Shown piece after piece: positions 20,854 through 31,637 of a DNA stretch of 64,000 nt (positions are counted from its first letter, which is position 1; each line of letters begins with the position of its first letter). The notes beneath the pieces were generated by a model. It was not told the DNA's origin. It made no database searches and worked only from the letters and a program-made list of their open reading frames with translations. Origin of the DNA: Candidatus Zhuqueibacterota bacterium (GTDB lineage: Bacteria > Zhuqueibacterota > QNDG01 > JABMRT01). Where the stretch lies: contig JABMRT010000118.1 in NCBI GenBank assembly GCA_013202295.1, positions 16,109-80,108 of the forward strand, given 5' to 3'. The position numbers and the translations under genes were made by a program.

Positions 20854-21507
20854 ATGGAAGGCATACAGGTGTCCGTGGAACGTGCTGGATATCAGGGTGA
20901 CATTTCGATCATTAAGGTCGGTGGCTATATTGATACAACCACTTCTTCGGAGCTTGAACGTGCTTTGGAGGGATTGCTAAAATCCGGCATTTACAGAGTC
21001 ATTATTGATCTGCAGAATGTGGATTACATCTCCAGTGCAGGTTGGGGTATATTTATTAGTGAGATAAAAGGCATTCGTGAGAGGGATGGAGATTTAAAAC
21101 TCGCCAACATGATTCCGGATGTGTATGAAGTGTTTGAACTTCTCGAGTTTCACTATATCCTGAAAGCGTATGATTCTATTGAGGCAGCAATCCAGGATTT
21201 CAATCAGGAAGAGAATCCCATGATTGAAGAAGAAACGGTTGTTCAGGAAGATGCTGAACCGGAGGTTCCCAGCACCCAAAAAGAAGAACCATTGTCTTCC
21301 GAACCGATTCCTGACAGTCTTGAAGACATGATACGCGAAATTGCTTTGGAGAATCCGGAATTGGGTCATGGTCAAATCGCTAAAGCACTTAATACAGATA
21401 AGTATGGCTTTACGCGTGTGGGACAACTCACTGTTTGGAAAATATTACGGAAGATGCATCTCGGGTCAAAAAAAGCCAGGGAGGAGATTGCCAGAAATCG
21501 AAACTAA
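20854..21507 (+). CDS. STAS-domain anti-sigma-factor antagonist (RsbV/SpoIIAA-like) with C-terminal acidic linker and HTH-like extension homologous to a segment of the upstream regulator
   Basis: STAS core 'ISIIKVGGYIDTTTSSELERALEGLLKSGIYRVIIDLQNVDYISSAGWGIFISEI'; the position of the phosphorylatable Ser is consistent with 'DYISSAG'. The C-terminus 'MIREIALENPELGHGQIAKALNTDKYGFTRVGQLTVWKILRKMHL' parallels 'IKQTPEYGPKRIREELNTEKYGFLQVDENRIYDELVRSRL' in the 1198-aa protein. Confidence 0.8.
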   Translation: MEGIQVSVERAGYQGDISIIKVGGYIDTTTSSELERALEGLLKSGIYRVIIDLQNVDYISSAGWGIFISEIKGIRERDGDLKLANMIPDVYEVFELLEFHYILKAYDSIEAAIQDFNQEENPMIEEETVVQEDAEPEVPSTQKEEPLSSEPIPDSLEDMIREIALENPELGHGQIAKALNTDKYGFTRVGQLTVWKILRKMHLGSKKAREEIARNRN

Positions 21508-21528
21508 GCGGGAAACAGTTTTTATATT

Positions 21529-23457
21529 ATGAAACCGAAAAACATTGCTCAAAAAATTATCGCAGCACATTTAATTGAGGGGGAACTGAAAGCGAGTTCC
21601 CCTATTGCTATTCGGATCGATCAGACCCTGACGCAGGATGCGACGGGTACGATGGCCTATCTTCAATTTGAAGCCATGGGCCTGGATCGGGTCCGCACTG
21701 AACTGTCCGTCAGTTATGTGGATCACAACACCCTGCAGTCCGGATTCATGAATGCGGATGACCATGTCTATCTTCAAAGTGTGGCAGCCAAATACGGGAT
21801 TCTTTTTTCCAGACCCGGAAATGGCATTTGTCATCAGGTTCATCTCGAACGGTTCGGACAGCCTGGTAAAACCCTTCTCGGTTCTGACAGCCATACCCCG
21901 ACAGGCGGTGGCATTGGCATGTTGGCCATCGGTGCCGGTGGATTGGATGTGGCCCTAGCGATGGCAGGCAGGCCTTTTCATTTGACCATGCCTAAAGTCG
22001 TGCAGATCCATCTGACAGGAAAACTCTCCCCCTTTGTCTCGGCAAAGGACATCATCCTCGAAGTACTGAGGCGACTGACTGTAAAAGGCGGTGTGGGTAA
22101 AGTGATGGAATACACTGGAGATGGTGTCTCCACACTATCCGTACCGGAGCGCGCGACCATTACAAATATGGGTGCTGAACTGGGTGCGACCTCTTCGATC
22201 TTTCCAAGCGATGACATTACCCGTCAGTTCCTAAAGTCTCAGGAAAGAGAAGATCAGTTTCTTCCATTGATTGCTGACCCGGAAGCCGAATATGATGAGA
22301 TCCTAGAAATTAATCTGAATAGCCTGGAACCCATGATTGCGAAACCTCACATGCCGGATCTCGTGGTTTCTGTCCGAGAACTCAAGGGTACGCCTGTTAA
22401 ACAGGTGGCCATGGGCAGCTGCACCAATTCCAGCTTCAGGGATCTTTCCATTATCGCGTCCATGCTCAAGGGGAGAAAGGTTCATCCCACTGTATCAGCC
22501 GCATTAACAGCAGGTTCGCGTCAGGTCGTGTCCATGCTTATGGCGAACGGCCAATGGTCCGACATTATCGCATCCGGAGTACGGATTCTCGAAAATGTCT
22601 GCGGACCCTGTATCGGTATGGGGTTTTCTCCGCCCAGTGAAGCGGTGAGTCTTCGCACATTTAATCGCAATTTCACAGGACGCAGCGGAACGAAATCCGC
22701 CTCTGTCTATCTTTGCAGTCCTGAAACAGCTGTGGCAGCTGCTCTGACCGGTGAGATTACAGATCCCCGAGATCTGGATTTGCCACCGATACAAATCAGC
22801 GTTCCTGATCAATTCCCGATAGACGATTCTATGATTCTGCAACCCTCCGAAAAACCAGAATCCATAAAAATCATTCGCGGTCCCAACATCAAGCCGTTGC
22901 CTCAAAAAGAACCACTCCCGGAAAAATTAACAGGTGAGGTTCTCCTCAAAGTCGAGGACGATATTACAACCGATCACATCATGCCAGCTGGTGCCAAGAT
23001 CCTGCCGTTGCGTTCAAACATCCCAGCGATTTCGGAATATGTATTCGAGGTGATTGATCCCACTTTTCCTCAACGTGCGAGAAAAGCAGGCGGTGGATTT
23101 GTGATTGGAGGCCATAATTACGGACAAGGCTCGAGCCGTGAACATGCGGCCCTGGCGCCCATGGCTCTTGGAGTTAAAGCTGTGATCACCAAATCCTTCG
23201 CCCGTATTCATCTGGCCAATTTGATCAACTTCGGCATTATTCCGCTCACGTTTGTAAATGAAGCCGACTATGAGAAAATTGATCAGGGCGATCAGCTTGA
23301 GCTCGATGTGACAGGTCTCGACAAGACACCGTTTTCGTTAAAGAATGTGACGCAGAATATAGAAATTCCCGTAACACACGCGCTGACCGAACGTGATGTG
23401 GCCATGATCTGTGCAGGCGGAGCCCTGTCTTACGCCAAGGAGCAGGTTCACCAATAA
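21529..23457 (+). CDS. Aconitate hydratase, ~640-aa 'Aquifex-type' aconitase family enzyme
   Basis: Aconitase signature segments 'GSDSHTPTGGG', 'MGSCTNSS' and 'VCGPCIGMG' (Fe-S cysteine ligands), plus the swivel-domain 'GQGSSREHAALAP'. Adjacent to isocitrate dehydrogenase. Confidence 0.85.
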   Translation: MKPKNIAQKIIAAHLIEGELKASSPIAIRIDQTLTQDATGTMAYLQFEAMGLDRVRTELSVSYVDHNTLQSGFMNADDHVYLQSVAAKYGILFSRPGNGICHQVHLERFGQPGKTLLGSDSHTPTGGGIGMLAIGAGGLDVALAMAGRPFHLTMPKVVQIHLTGKLSPFVSAKDIILEVLRRLTVKGGVGKVMEYTGDGVSTLSVPERATITNMGAELGATSSIFPSDDITRQFLKSQEREDQFLPLIADPEAEYDEILEINLNSLEPMIAKPHMPDLVVSVRELKGTPVKQVAMGSCTNSSFRDLSIIASMLKGRKVHPTVSAALTAGSRQVVSMLMANGQWSDIIASGVRILENVCGPCIGMGFSPPSEAVSLRTFNRNFTGRSGTKSASVYLCSPETAVAAALTGEITDPRDLDLPPIQISVPDQFPIDDSMILQPSEKPESIKIIRGPNIKPLPQKEPLPEKLTGEVLLKVEDDITTDHIMPAGAKILPLRSNIPAISEYVFEVIDPTFPQRARKAGGGFVIGGHNYGQGSSREHAALAPMALGVKAVITKSFARIHLANLINFGIIPLTFVNEADYEKIDQGDQLELDVTGLDKTPFSLKNVTQNIEIPVTHALTERDVAMICAGGALSYAKEQVHQ

Positions 23458-25755
<2,298 letters not shown>

Positions 25756-25784
25756 ATCCGGGATCCGTTGTGCTCAGAGACTAG

Positions 25785-25952
25785 ATGATGCTGCGCACCA
25801 TGGGCTGGACAGAAGCTGCCGATCTTGTAGTCCAAGCCATCGAAAAGACGATCCGTCAAAAGCGGGTTACGTATGACCTTGAACGTCAGATGGAAGGTGC
25901 GACCAAGCTGAGTTGTTCAGAGTTCAGTCAAGCCATTATTGAAAACATGTAA
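25785..25952 (+). pseudogene. icd: 3'-terminal remnant (56 codons) of a dimeric-type isocitrate dehydrogenase (icd) gene
   Basis: It translates to '[55 protein letters not shown]'. This is near-identical in pattern to the E. coli Icd C-terminus (..[55 protein letters not shown]). An in-frame TAG lies immediately upstream, and there is no upstream icd body. Confidence 0.6.
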
Positions 25953-25961
25953 GAGGATATT

Positions 25962-26609
25962 TTGTCCGGGACGTCAAATAGAAAAAGGCAGAATCACTCT
26001 GTCTTTTCTTTTTTGAATGCAAAACGGAAACGATTTTTCTGTTCTGGCGTTTTAAAAGGACATATAAAGGAGCGATCGAAGATTTTCAGGAATATCGGGG
26101 TAATACTTCATATCCTCTTCCTGTTGGGAATTCTTTCAGGGTGGATCTCTCTGGGGTGCCTCAATCCCTTTGCACCCAAGCTAACCGATCAGCTTGAAGT
26201 GGGAGATTTGGTTGTAACACAGCAAAAAACACCTTTGGAGGTATTGCAAAATTTCAAGATTTCGTATATGTTCCAGGATTCTCTTTTATATAGCAATACA
26301 ATAGATACTTCTTTCATCTTTGTTTATCGAGAGGGCACAACCAGCGAATGGGTTTCATGGGGCAGAGAAGAGGATCTTGTGACGACGGGTCGGATGTTCA
26401 GACATTTTAACGTAATTGATCTGGTTTGGAATGAGACCATAGATGAAACCCTCGAAGAAAGTGTGAGTGAAATAAGCAGAGGATTTAATCTAACTTTAAC
26501 CGGTGAACAGTCTGGTTATACGATTTCCGGCCGCGCGGATTTTACATTTCGAAAAGGCAATGATGAAAAATGGAGAATTTCACGATGGAAGGACTGGTCA
26601 GATATTTAA
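25962..26609 (+). CDS. Hypothetical protein (possible lipoprotein; true start probably internal/alternative)
   Basis: Hydrophobic segment 'VILHILFLLGILSGWISLGC' (signal/lipobox-like) followed by a soluble ~150-aa domain. No recognisable family. Confidence 0.35.
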   Translation: MSGTSNRKRQNHSVFSFLNAKRKRFFCSGVLKGHIKERSKIFRNIGVILHILFLLGILSGWISLGCLNPFAPKLTDQLEVGDLVVTQQKTPLEVLQNFKISYMFQDSLLYSNTIDTSFIFVYREGTTSEWVSWGREEDLVTTGRMFRHFNVIDLVWNETIDETLEESVSEISRGFNLTLTGEQSGYTISGRADFTFRKGNDEKWRISRWKDWSDI

Positions 26610-26683
26610 TTTCAAAGGGATTGGATGAATCTTTTTTGTCTAATCAATATAGAACTGTCTTAGCAGAACATAGAGGGTGGATC

Positions 26684-29600
26684 ATGTTATCCAGTAGAAT
26701 TAAACAAGCAAAAGGTTTTCTCGCGTTCCTGATCGGGATGATGTTTATCCTTTTTATCAATCAGGTGGCATACACTCAGGGATTCGGGAAGAACAAGGTT
26801 CAGTATCGAACCTTTGACTGGAAATTTATCCAGTCTGATCATTTCGATGTGTACTATTATGACGATGCCAAAGAGGTTGCAATTTTCACAGCAGATGTGG
26901 CTGAATCAAGCTACGTGGCCTTGAAGAAAGATTTCAAATACAAGGTGACAAATCGTATCCCCATACTCATCTATAATGGGCACAATGAGTTTCAACAGAC
27001 CAATGTCACGCTTTCTGATTTAAGTGAATCAGTCGGTGGATTCACAGAAGTCTTTAAAGATCGTGTCGTTATTCCGTTTCAAGGCAGTTACAAAGAGTAT
27101 CGTCATGTGCTGCACCATGAACTCACACACGCAGTGATGTTTCAAATGTTTTATGGCGGCGGTATGGGAGCCACCATTACAGGGATGGCTCGGTTTCAAG
27201 TTCCTTTGTGGCTGGCCGAAGGACTTGCGGAATATGAGAGTCTGGGTTGGGATACTGACAGCGATATGTACATGCGGGATGCGGCAATCAATGGCTATGT
27301 GCCCCCTATAGAGTATATGTATGGATTTATGGTATACAAAGGCGGCCAATCTGTTCTCAATTATATTGCGGACAAGTATGGCGAACAGAAAATTAGCGAG
27401 ATACTCGGTAAAGTCCGGCTTAGCCGGAATGTAAATCAGGGAATCAAACAATCCATCGGGATCGATTTGGAAGAACTTTCTGAACGATGGCATAAACATT
27501 TACGAAAAACCTATTGGCCTGATGTAGAAAACAGACATGAGCCGGAAGATTTAGCCAAACGACTCACTGATCATGAGAAAAACGAACATTTTCTGAATGG
27601 TTCACCCTCAGTTTCTCCCAAGGGCGATCGCATTGCTTATTTATCCGATCGCTCCAATTATACGGATATTTATTTAATGAGCACGGTGGATGGGCGGAAT
27701 CTGGGACGACTTGTGAAAGGGCAGCGTTCCAATCTCTTTGAAGAAATGCATTGGCTCAGGCCCGGCATGAGTTGGTCGCCGGACGGCAAGCAACTTGTTT
27801 TTGCAGCCAAAGCTTCGAATAAAGATGCCCTCTTTTTTCTTGATGTCGATGACCGAAGCATTATTTCCTCTCACAAATTCGACCTGGATGGTGTTTATTC
27901 TCCGTCCTGGTCTCCGGACGGGAATACAATCGCGTTTATGGGTCTCAAAGGCTCGCAATCCGACATCTATTTATTTCACATCGAATCGGAGGAATTAGAA
28001 AAACTCACGGATGATATTTTCAGCGATTTGGATCCGAACTGGTCTCCGGACGGATCGCAGATTGTTTTTATCTCTGACCGGCAGAATTTTTTCAGTGCGC
28101 CACCGGCCGGTTTTAAAATGTATGAACACAGTTTTGAACAAGTGGATTTATATAACATCCATGTAGATACAAGAGAAATTTCACGTTTGACGGATACAGA
28201 TGCCGAGGAGAAGAGTCCCGTATTTTCACCTGACGGCAGACAAATTTCCTATATCTCTGATGAAAGCGGGATTAGTAATATTTATATCCTCAGCCTTGGT
28301 GAAAATTCAAGCAGACCTGTAACCAATTTGCTTACGGGTGTGTCTCAACTCTCCTGGTCAAGAGATGGATCTAGATTGGTCTTTTCTTCATTTTCTACCG
28401 GTGGATATGATCTGTATCTGATCAACAATCCGATTGAAAAAACCGATATCGAGCAAATTGAACTCACACAAACTGCTTATATGGCTCGAAAAACATCTGA
28501 ACCCGATCAATCTAAAAGCCGAATAAAACCGGCTGAACAAGATGATTCTGGCAACAATTACAGCAATTTTGTTTTTGACAGCAAGTTCAAACGGGGTGAG
28601 ATGGATGCAACAGAGGCTGCTTCTCAAACCAAAGAGGATACAACCGAATATAAGACTGCGGCCGGAGAGTACATCACAAAAAACTACAGGCTTCGGTTCA
28701 CCCCGGATGTGGTTACTGGTAGTGCCGGGTACAGTCAATTCTGGGGATTGCAGGGCACATCAATGTTTGTGCTCTCTGATATTTTAGGCAACCATCAGTT
28801 CAGTTTGTATACAGATCTTTTTTACAACATCAAAAACTCCAATTTCCAGCTTGGATATTATTATCTGCCTAAAAAGACAGATTTCGGTGTTTCTCTTTTC
28901 CACTACTCCTATTTGTTCTACACCTATTTTTCGGATGGGCAATCACTCTATTATGGATACCTGAGGAATCGGAATTATGGCTTAAGTCTCTATTTTTCTC
29001 GCCCATTCAACCGATATCGCCGAATCGATTTCTCCGTTGTTGGGCTTGCTATTGACGCCGATCTTGTGGCGCTTAATCCCTATTATTACTATTATGGTGG
29101 TGATTACGAGCACGACATGGGCAATCTTTACAAACGAAGAACAATGATTTTTAATCTTGGGCACACTATGGATACAGTGCTCTGGGGGTATACCAGCCCC
29201 AAAAACGGAGGTCGTTCAAATCTGTCTGTTAATTACAGTCCGAATATTTTCGGATCGAATGGCATTTCTTTTTACGGTGCACAGGGAGACTGGCGAAAAT
29301 ATTTCAGGATAGGACGTGACTATTCATTGGGTGTTCGACTGGCCAGTGGATTTTCAAACGGAAGGAATCCACAATATTTTCTTCTTGGCGGTATGTCTAA
29401 CTGGGTCAATTATAAATATAAAGACACATCGAATGATCTGTATCTGAATGGTAAAATTTTCTTCTCGTCATTTGAGGGGCCGTTGCGCGGAACACCTTTT
29501 TATGAAATGATCGGAACCCGATTCGCTTTAATGAATCTTGAATTACGTTTTCCACTGATAAAATATCTCATATTAGGAGGGCCGCTTCGCATTGGATTTC

Positions 29601-29848
29601 AGAATATTCGCGGTGTGCTTTTCATGGATGCCGGATCTGCATGGACGGATAATTCATCGTGGAAACCGTTCACTTCTCAACCGGGCGGCAATGGACCGAG
29701 AATGGCTGATATGCGCAGTGGATATGGATTTGGTGCCAGGGTGAATATGGGATTCCTGCTTTTACGATATGATCTCGCCTGGAAAACCGATCTGTATCGA
29801 ACGTGGAGAAAGCCTATGCATTATTGGTCTTTGGGAGCGGATTTTTAA
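26684..29848 (+). CDS. Outer-membrane protein fusing a putative HExxH zinc-metallopeptidase-like domain, a TolB-like PD40 beta-propeller and a C-terminal Omp85-family beta-barrel
   Basis: Probable start at ATG 26684 (signal peptide 'FLAFLIGMMFILFINQVAYTQ'). 'YRHVLHHELTHAVMFQMFYGG' is an HExxH motif. Five PD40 repeats ('SWSPDGKQLVFAA', 'SWSPDGNTIAFMG', 'NWSPDGSQIVFISDR', 'VFSPDGRQISYISDESG', 'SWSRDGSRLVFSS'). The C-terminal ~350 aa is Tyr/Gly-rich with beta-strand character, containing 'PLRGTPFYEMIG...LELRFPL' (Omp85 VRGY-like) and ending '...YDLAWKTD...WSLGADF' with a terminal aromatic. Confidence 0.65.
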   Translation: MLSSRIKQAKGFLAFLIGMMFILFINQVAYTQGFGKNKVQYRTFDWKFIQSDHFDVYYYDDAKEVAIFTADVAESSYVALKKDFKYKVTNRIPILIYNGHNEFQQTNVTLSDLSESVGGFTEVFKDRVVIPFQGSYKEYRHVLHHELTHAVMFQMFYGGGMGATITGMARFQVPLWLAEGLAEYESLGWDTDSDMYMRDAAINGYVPPIEYMYGFMVYKGGQSVLNYIADKYGEQKISEILGKVRLSRNVNQGIKQSIGIDLEELSERWHKHLRKTYWPDVENRHEPEDLAKRLTDHEKNEHFLNGSPSVSPKGDRIAYLSDRSNYTDIYLMSTVDGRNLGRLVKGQRSNLFEEMHWLRPGMSWSPDGKQLVFAAKASNKDALFFLDVDDRSIISSHKFDLDGVYSPSWSPDGNTIAFMGLKGSQSDIYLFHIESEELEKLTDDIFSDLDPNWSPDGSQIVFISDRQNFFSAPPAGFKMYEHSFEQVDLYNIHVDTREISRLTDTDAEEKSPVFSPDGRQISYISDESGISNIYILSLGENSSRPVTNLLTGVSQLSWSRDGSRLVFSSFSTGGYDLYLINNPIEKTDIEQIELTQTAYMARKTSEPDQSKSRIKPAEQDDSGNNYSNFVFDSKFKRGEMDATEAASQTKEDTTEYKTAAGEYITKNYRLRFTPDVVTGSAGYSQFWGLQGTSMFVLSDILGNHQFSLYTDLFYNIKNSNFQLGYYYLPKKTDFGVSLFHYSYLFYTYFSDGQSLYYGYLRNRNYGLSLYFSRPFNRYRRIDFSVVGLAIDADLVALNPYYYYYGGDYEHDMGNLYKRRTMIFNLGHTMDTVLWGYTSPKNGGRSNLSVNYSPNIFGSNGISFYGAQGDWRKYFRIGRDYSLGVRLASGFSNGRNPQYFLLGGMSNWVNYKYKDTSNDLYLNGKIFFSSFEGPLRGTPFYEMIGTRFALMNLELRFPLIKYLILGGPLRIGFQNIRGVLFMDAGSAWTDNSSWKPFTSQPGGNGPRMADMRSGYGFGARVNMGFLLLRYDLAWKTDLYRTWRKPMHYWSLGADF

Positions 29849-29876
29849 TCAAAGTTGATAGAACAGGGAGTCATCT

Positions 29877-31637
29877 ATGTTTCGACGATGGTGTGCATTC
29901 TTTTTTATATCATTTGGATTTACTATAGCCTTTGCGCAGACTGATCCTGCATTAAAAGTAATCGCAAACATGAATCCCGATAGTGTGCCAGCTGGCGGAA
30001 CGGGACAATTGGAATTGATCATCGAGATTCCCAAAGATTACCATGTCAGTGATGCAGAGAGTGGCTTATTCTCTGTCCACTTGCCAGAAGATCAATCCAT
30101 CCAGTTTGGAAACATTCAATATCCCAAGGGCGAGAAGGACAAATGGGGTACGATATACAGAGATCAAGTCAAGCTCGAGATTCCTGTTCATATTTCTTCT
30201 TCCTCCACTACAGGGGCGAGACAGATTCCGTTCACAATAGAATTCCAACCTTGTGATGAAGTCAATGATTTCTGCCTGGCACCCATGACTCAAGCCTCGT
30301 CGTTTGAAGTGACCATTCTTCCGGGCGGGAATTTGCCTGAAACGCTCACCACAGATCGGAGTATTTCGGGCCGCGTGACGCGCGCCCTTGAGCAGGGTTC
30401 CATAATCGCATTTCTCCTGGTTTTTATCGGTGGAGTGCTCACCAGTCTGACACCTTGTGTGTATCCGATGATTCCCATCACGGTTGCTGTGATAGGCGCG
30501 CAGGCCACAGGCGGCAAGATGAAAGGATTTGTACTCTCCCTGTTTTATGTTTTAGGTATTTCCATCACCTTTTCTTCTCTGGGTATTCTGGCCGCAACCA
30601 CCGGATCGCTGTTCGGTGCGATTACTCAGCATCCTGCAGTGCAAATTGTGATCGCGGCCATCTTTTTTATTATGGGGCTGTCCATGCTCGGTGCGTTTGT
30701 GGTGCAACTTCCTGCCAGCATCCGAATGAAGATCCAGAACAAAAAACGAAGTGGATTTTTAGGCGCACTTCTTACGGGCATAGTCGCCGGACTCATTGTC
30801 TCGCCCTGTGTCAGCCCCCTGCTCGTCGCGATTCTTACGTGGGTGGCCAAGACAGGATCTGTGATGTTAGGTTTTGGTCTGCTCTTTACGTTCGCCTGGG
30901 GAATTGGGGTGTTATTCATTTTGCTGGGCACTTTCTCCGGTGTTCTCAAGAATTTACCCAGGGGCGGCGGCTGGACCGAATATATTGAACGCATCTTTGG
31001 GCTGATCCTCCTGGTGCTTGCCCTGGTTTTTGTGCGTTCAATGCTGCCGGCTTTTTATTATCAGTCCCTCTGGGCCGTATTTCTGGTGGTGCTCGGTACG
31101 TTCCTTGGCGGATTTTCATCTTTACCAGAGGCCTCCCTGCCAAAACAGAAAATCGGCAAGGCGATCGGTTTTCTTCTGATTTTAATCGGGTCTGCCCTGC
31201 TACTCTCCGGACTGGCTGATCGTGCAGGATTCTCGGTTCCTCAAACCGGTGTCAGCGCCACCTCTATCGAAACAAGTGAAGAAAGTATATGGTTGGATGA
31301 CACGGAAGAAGCATTTCTGTTAGCTGCCATGGATGACCGTCCGGTTCTCATCGATTTTTACGCAGATTGGTGCGCGGCCTGTCATGAGTTGGATGAAAAG
31401 ACCTGGCCCGATCCCAAAGTGAGGGATCTGATGAGTCAGATGATTCCGGTAAAATTGGATCTGACACAGAACAATGACCGCACACGTGTACTTCAAAATG
31501 AGTACGGGATTATAGGCATGCCGACAGTCATTTTGTACGATGCCGAGCGCAATGAGATGGCCCGGTTTACCGGGTTCCAGTCCCCGGAGAAAGTGGTCAG
31601 CATCCTGAATCAGGCTTTGGAGGCTGCCCGTTCATGA
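29877..31637 (+). CDS. dsbD: Thiol:disulfide interchange protein DsbD (periplasmic alpha domain, CcdA-like TM core, C-terminal thioredoxin domain)
   Basis: TM-core cysteines in 'LTPCVYPMIP' and 'VSPCVSPLL'. C-terminal thioredoxin 'WCAACHE'. N-terminal periplasmic domain with a cysteine pair ('CDEVNDFC'). Confidence 0.85.
   Translation: MFRRWCAFFFISFGFTIAFAQTDPALKVIANMNPDSVPAGGTGQLELIIEIPKDYHVSDAESGLFSVHLPEDQSIQFGNIQYPKGEKDKWGTIYRDQVKLEIPVHISSSSTTGARQIPFTIEFQPCDEVNDFCLAPMTQASSFEVTILPGGNLPETLTTDRSISGRVTRALEQGSIIAFLLVFIGGVLTSLTPCVYPMIPITVAVIGAQATGGKMKGFVLSLFYVLGISITFSSLGILAATTGSLFGAITQHPAVQIVIAAIFFIMGLSMLGAFVVQLPASIRMKIQNKKRSGFLGALLTGIVAGLIVSPCVSPLLVAILTWVAKTGSVMLGFGLLFTFAWGIGVLFILLGTFSGVLKNLPRGGGWTEYIERIFGLILLVLALVFVRSMLPAFYYQSLWAVFLVVLGTFLGGFSSLPEASLPKQKIGKAIGFLLILIGSALLLSGLADRAGFSVPQTGVSATSIETSEESIWLDDTEEAFLLAAMDDRPVLIDFYADWCAACHELDEKTWPDPKVRDLMSQMIPVKLDLTQNNDRTRVLQNEYGIIGMPTVILYDAERNEMARFTGFQSPEKVVSILNQALEAARS

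Noticed and set aside
25985-26015. Possible terminator (imperfect hairpin ggcaga/tctgtc + TTTTCTTTTTT) after the icd remnant
   Set aside because: The stem is imperfect and only 6 bp. It is kept only as a weak possibility and is not reported as a feature.
30455-30988. 177-aa Cys/His/Arg-rich alternative-frame ORF within dsbD
   Set aside because: It overlaps the well-supported DsbD reading frame. Its composition is a frame-shadow artefact of the hydrophobic TM region.
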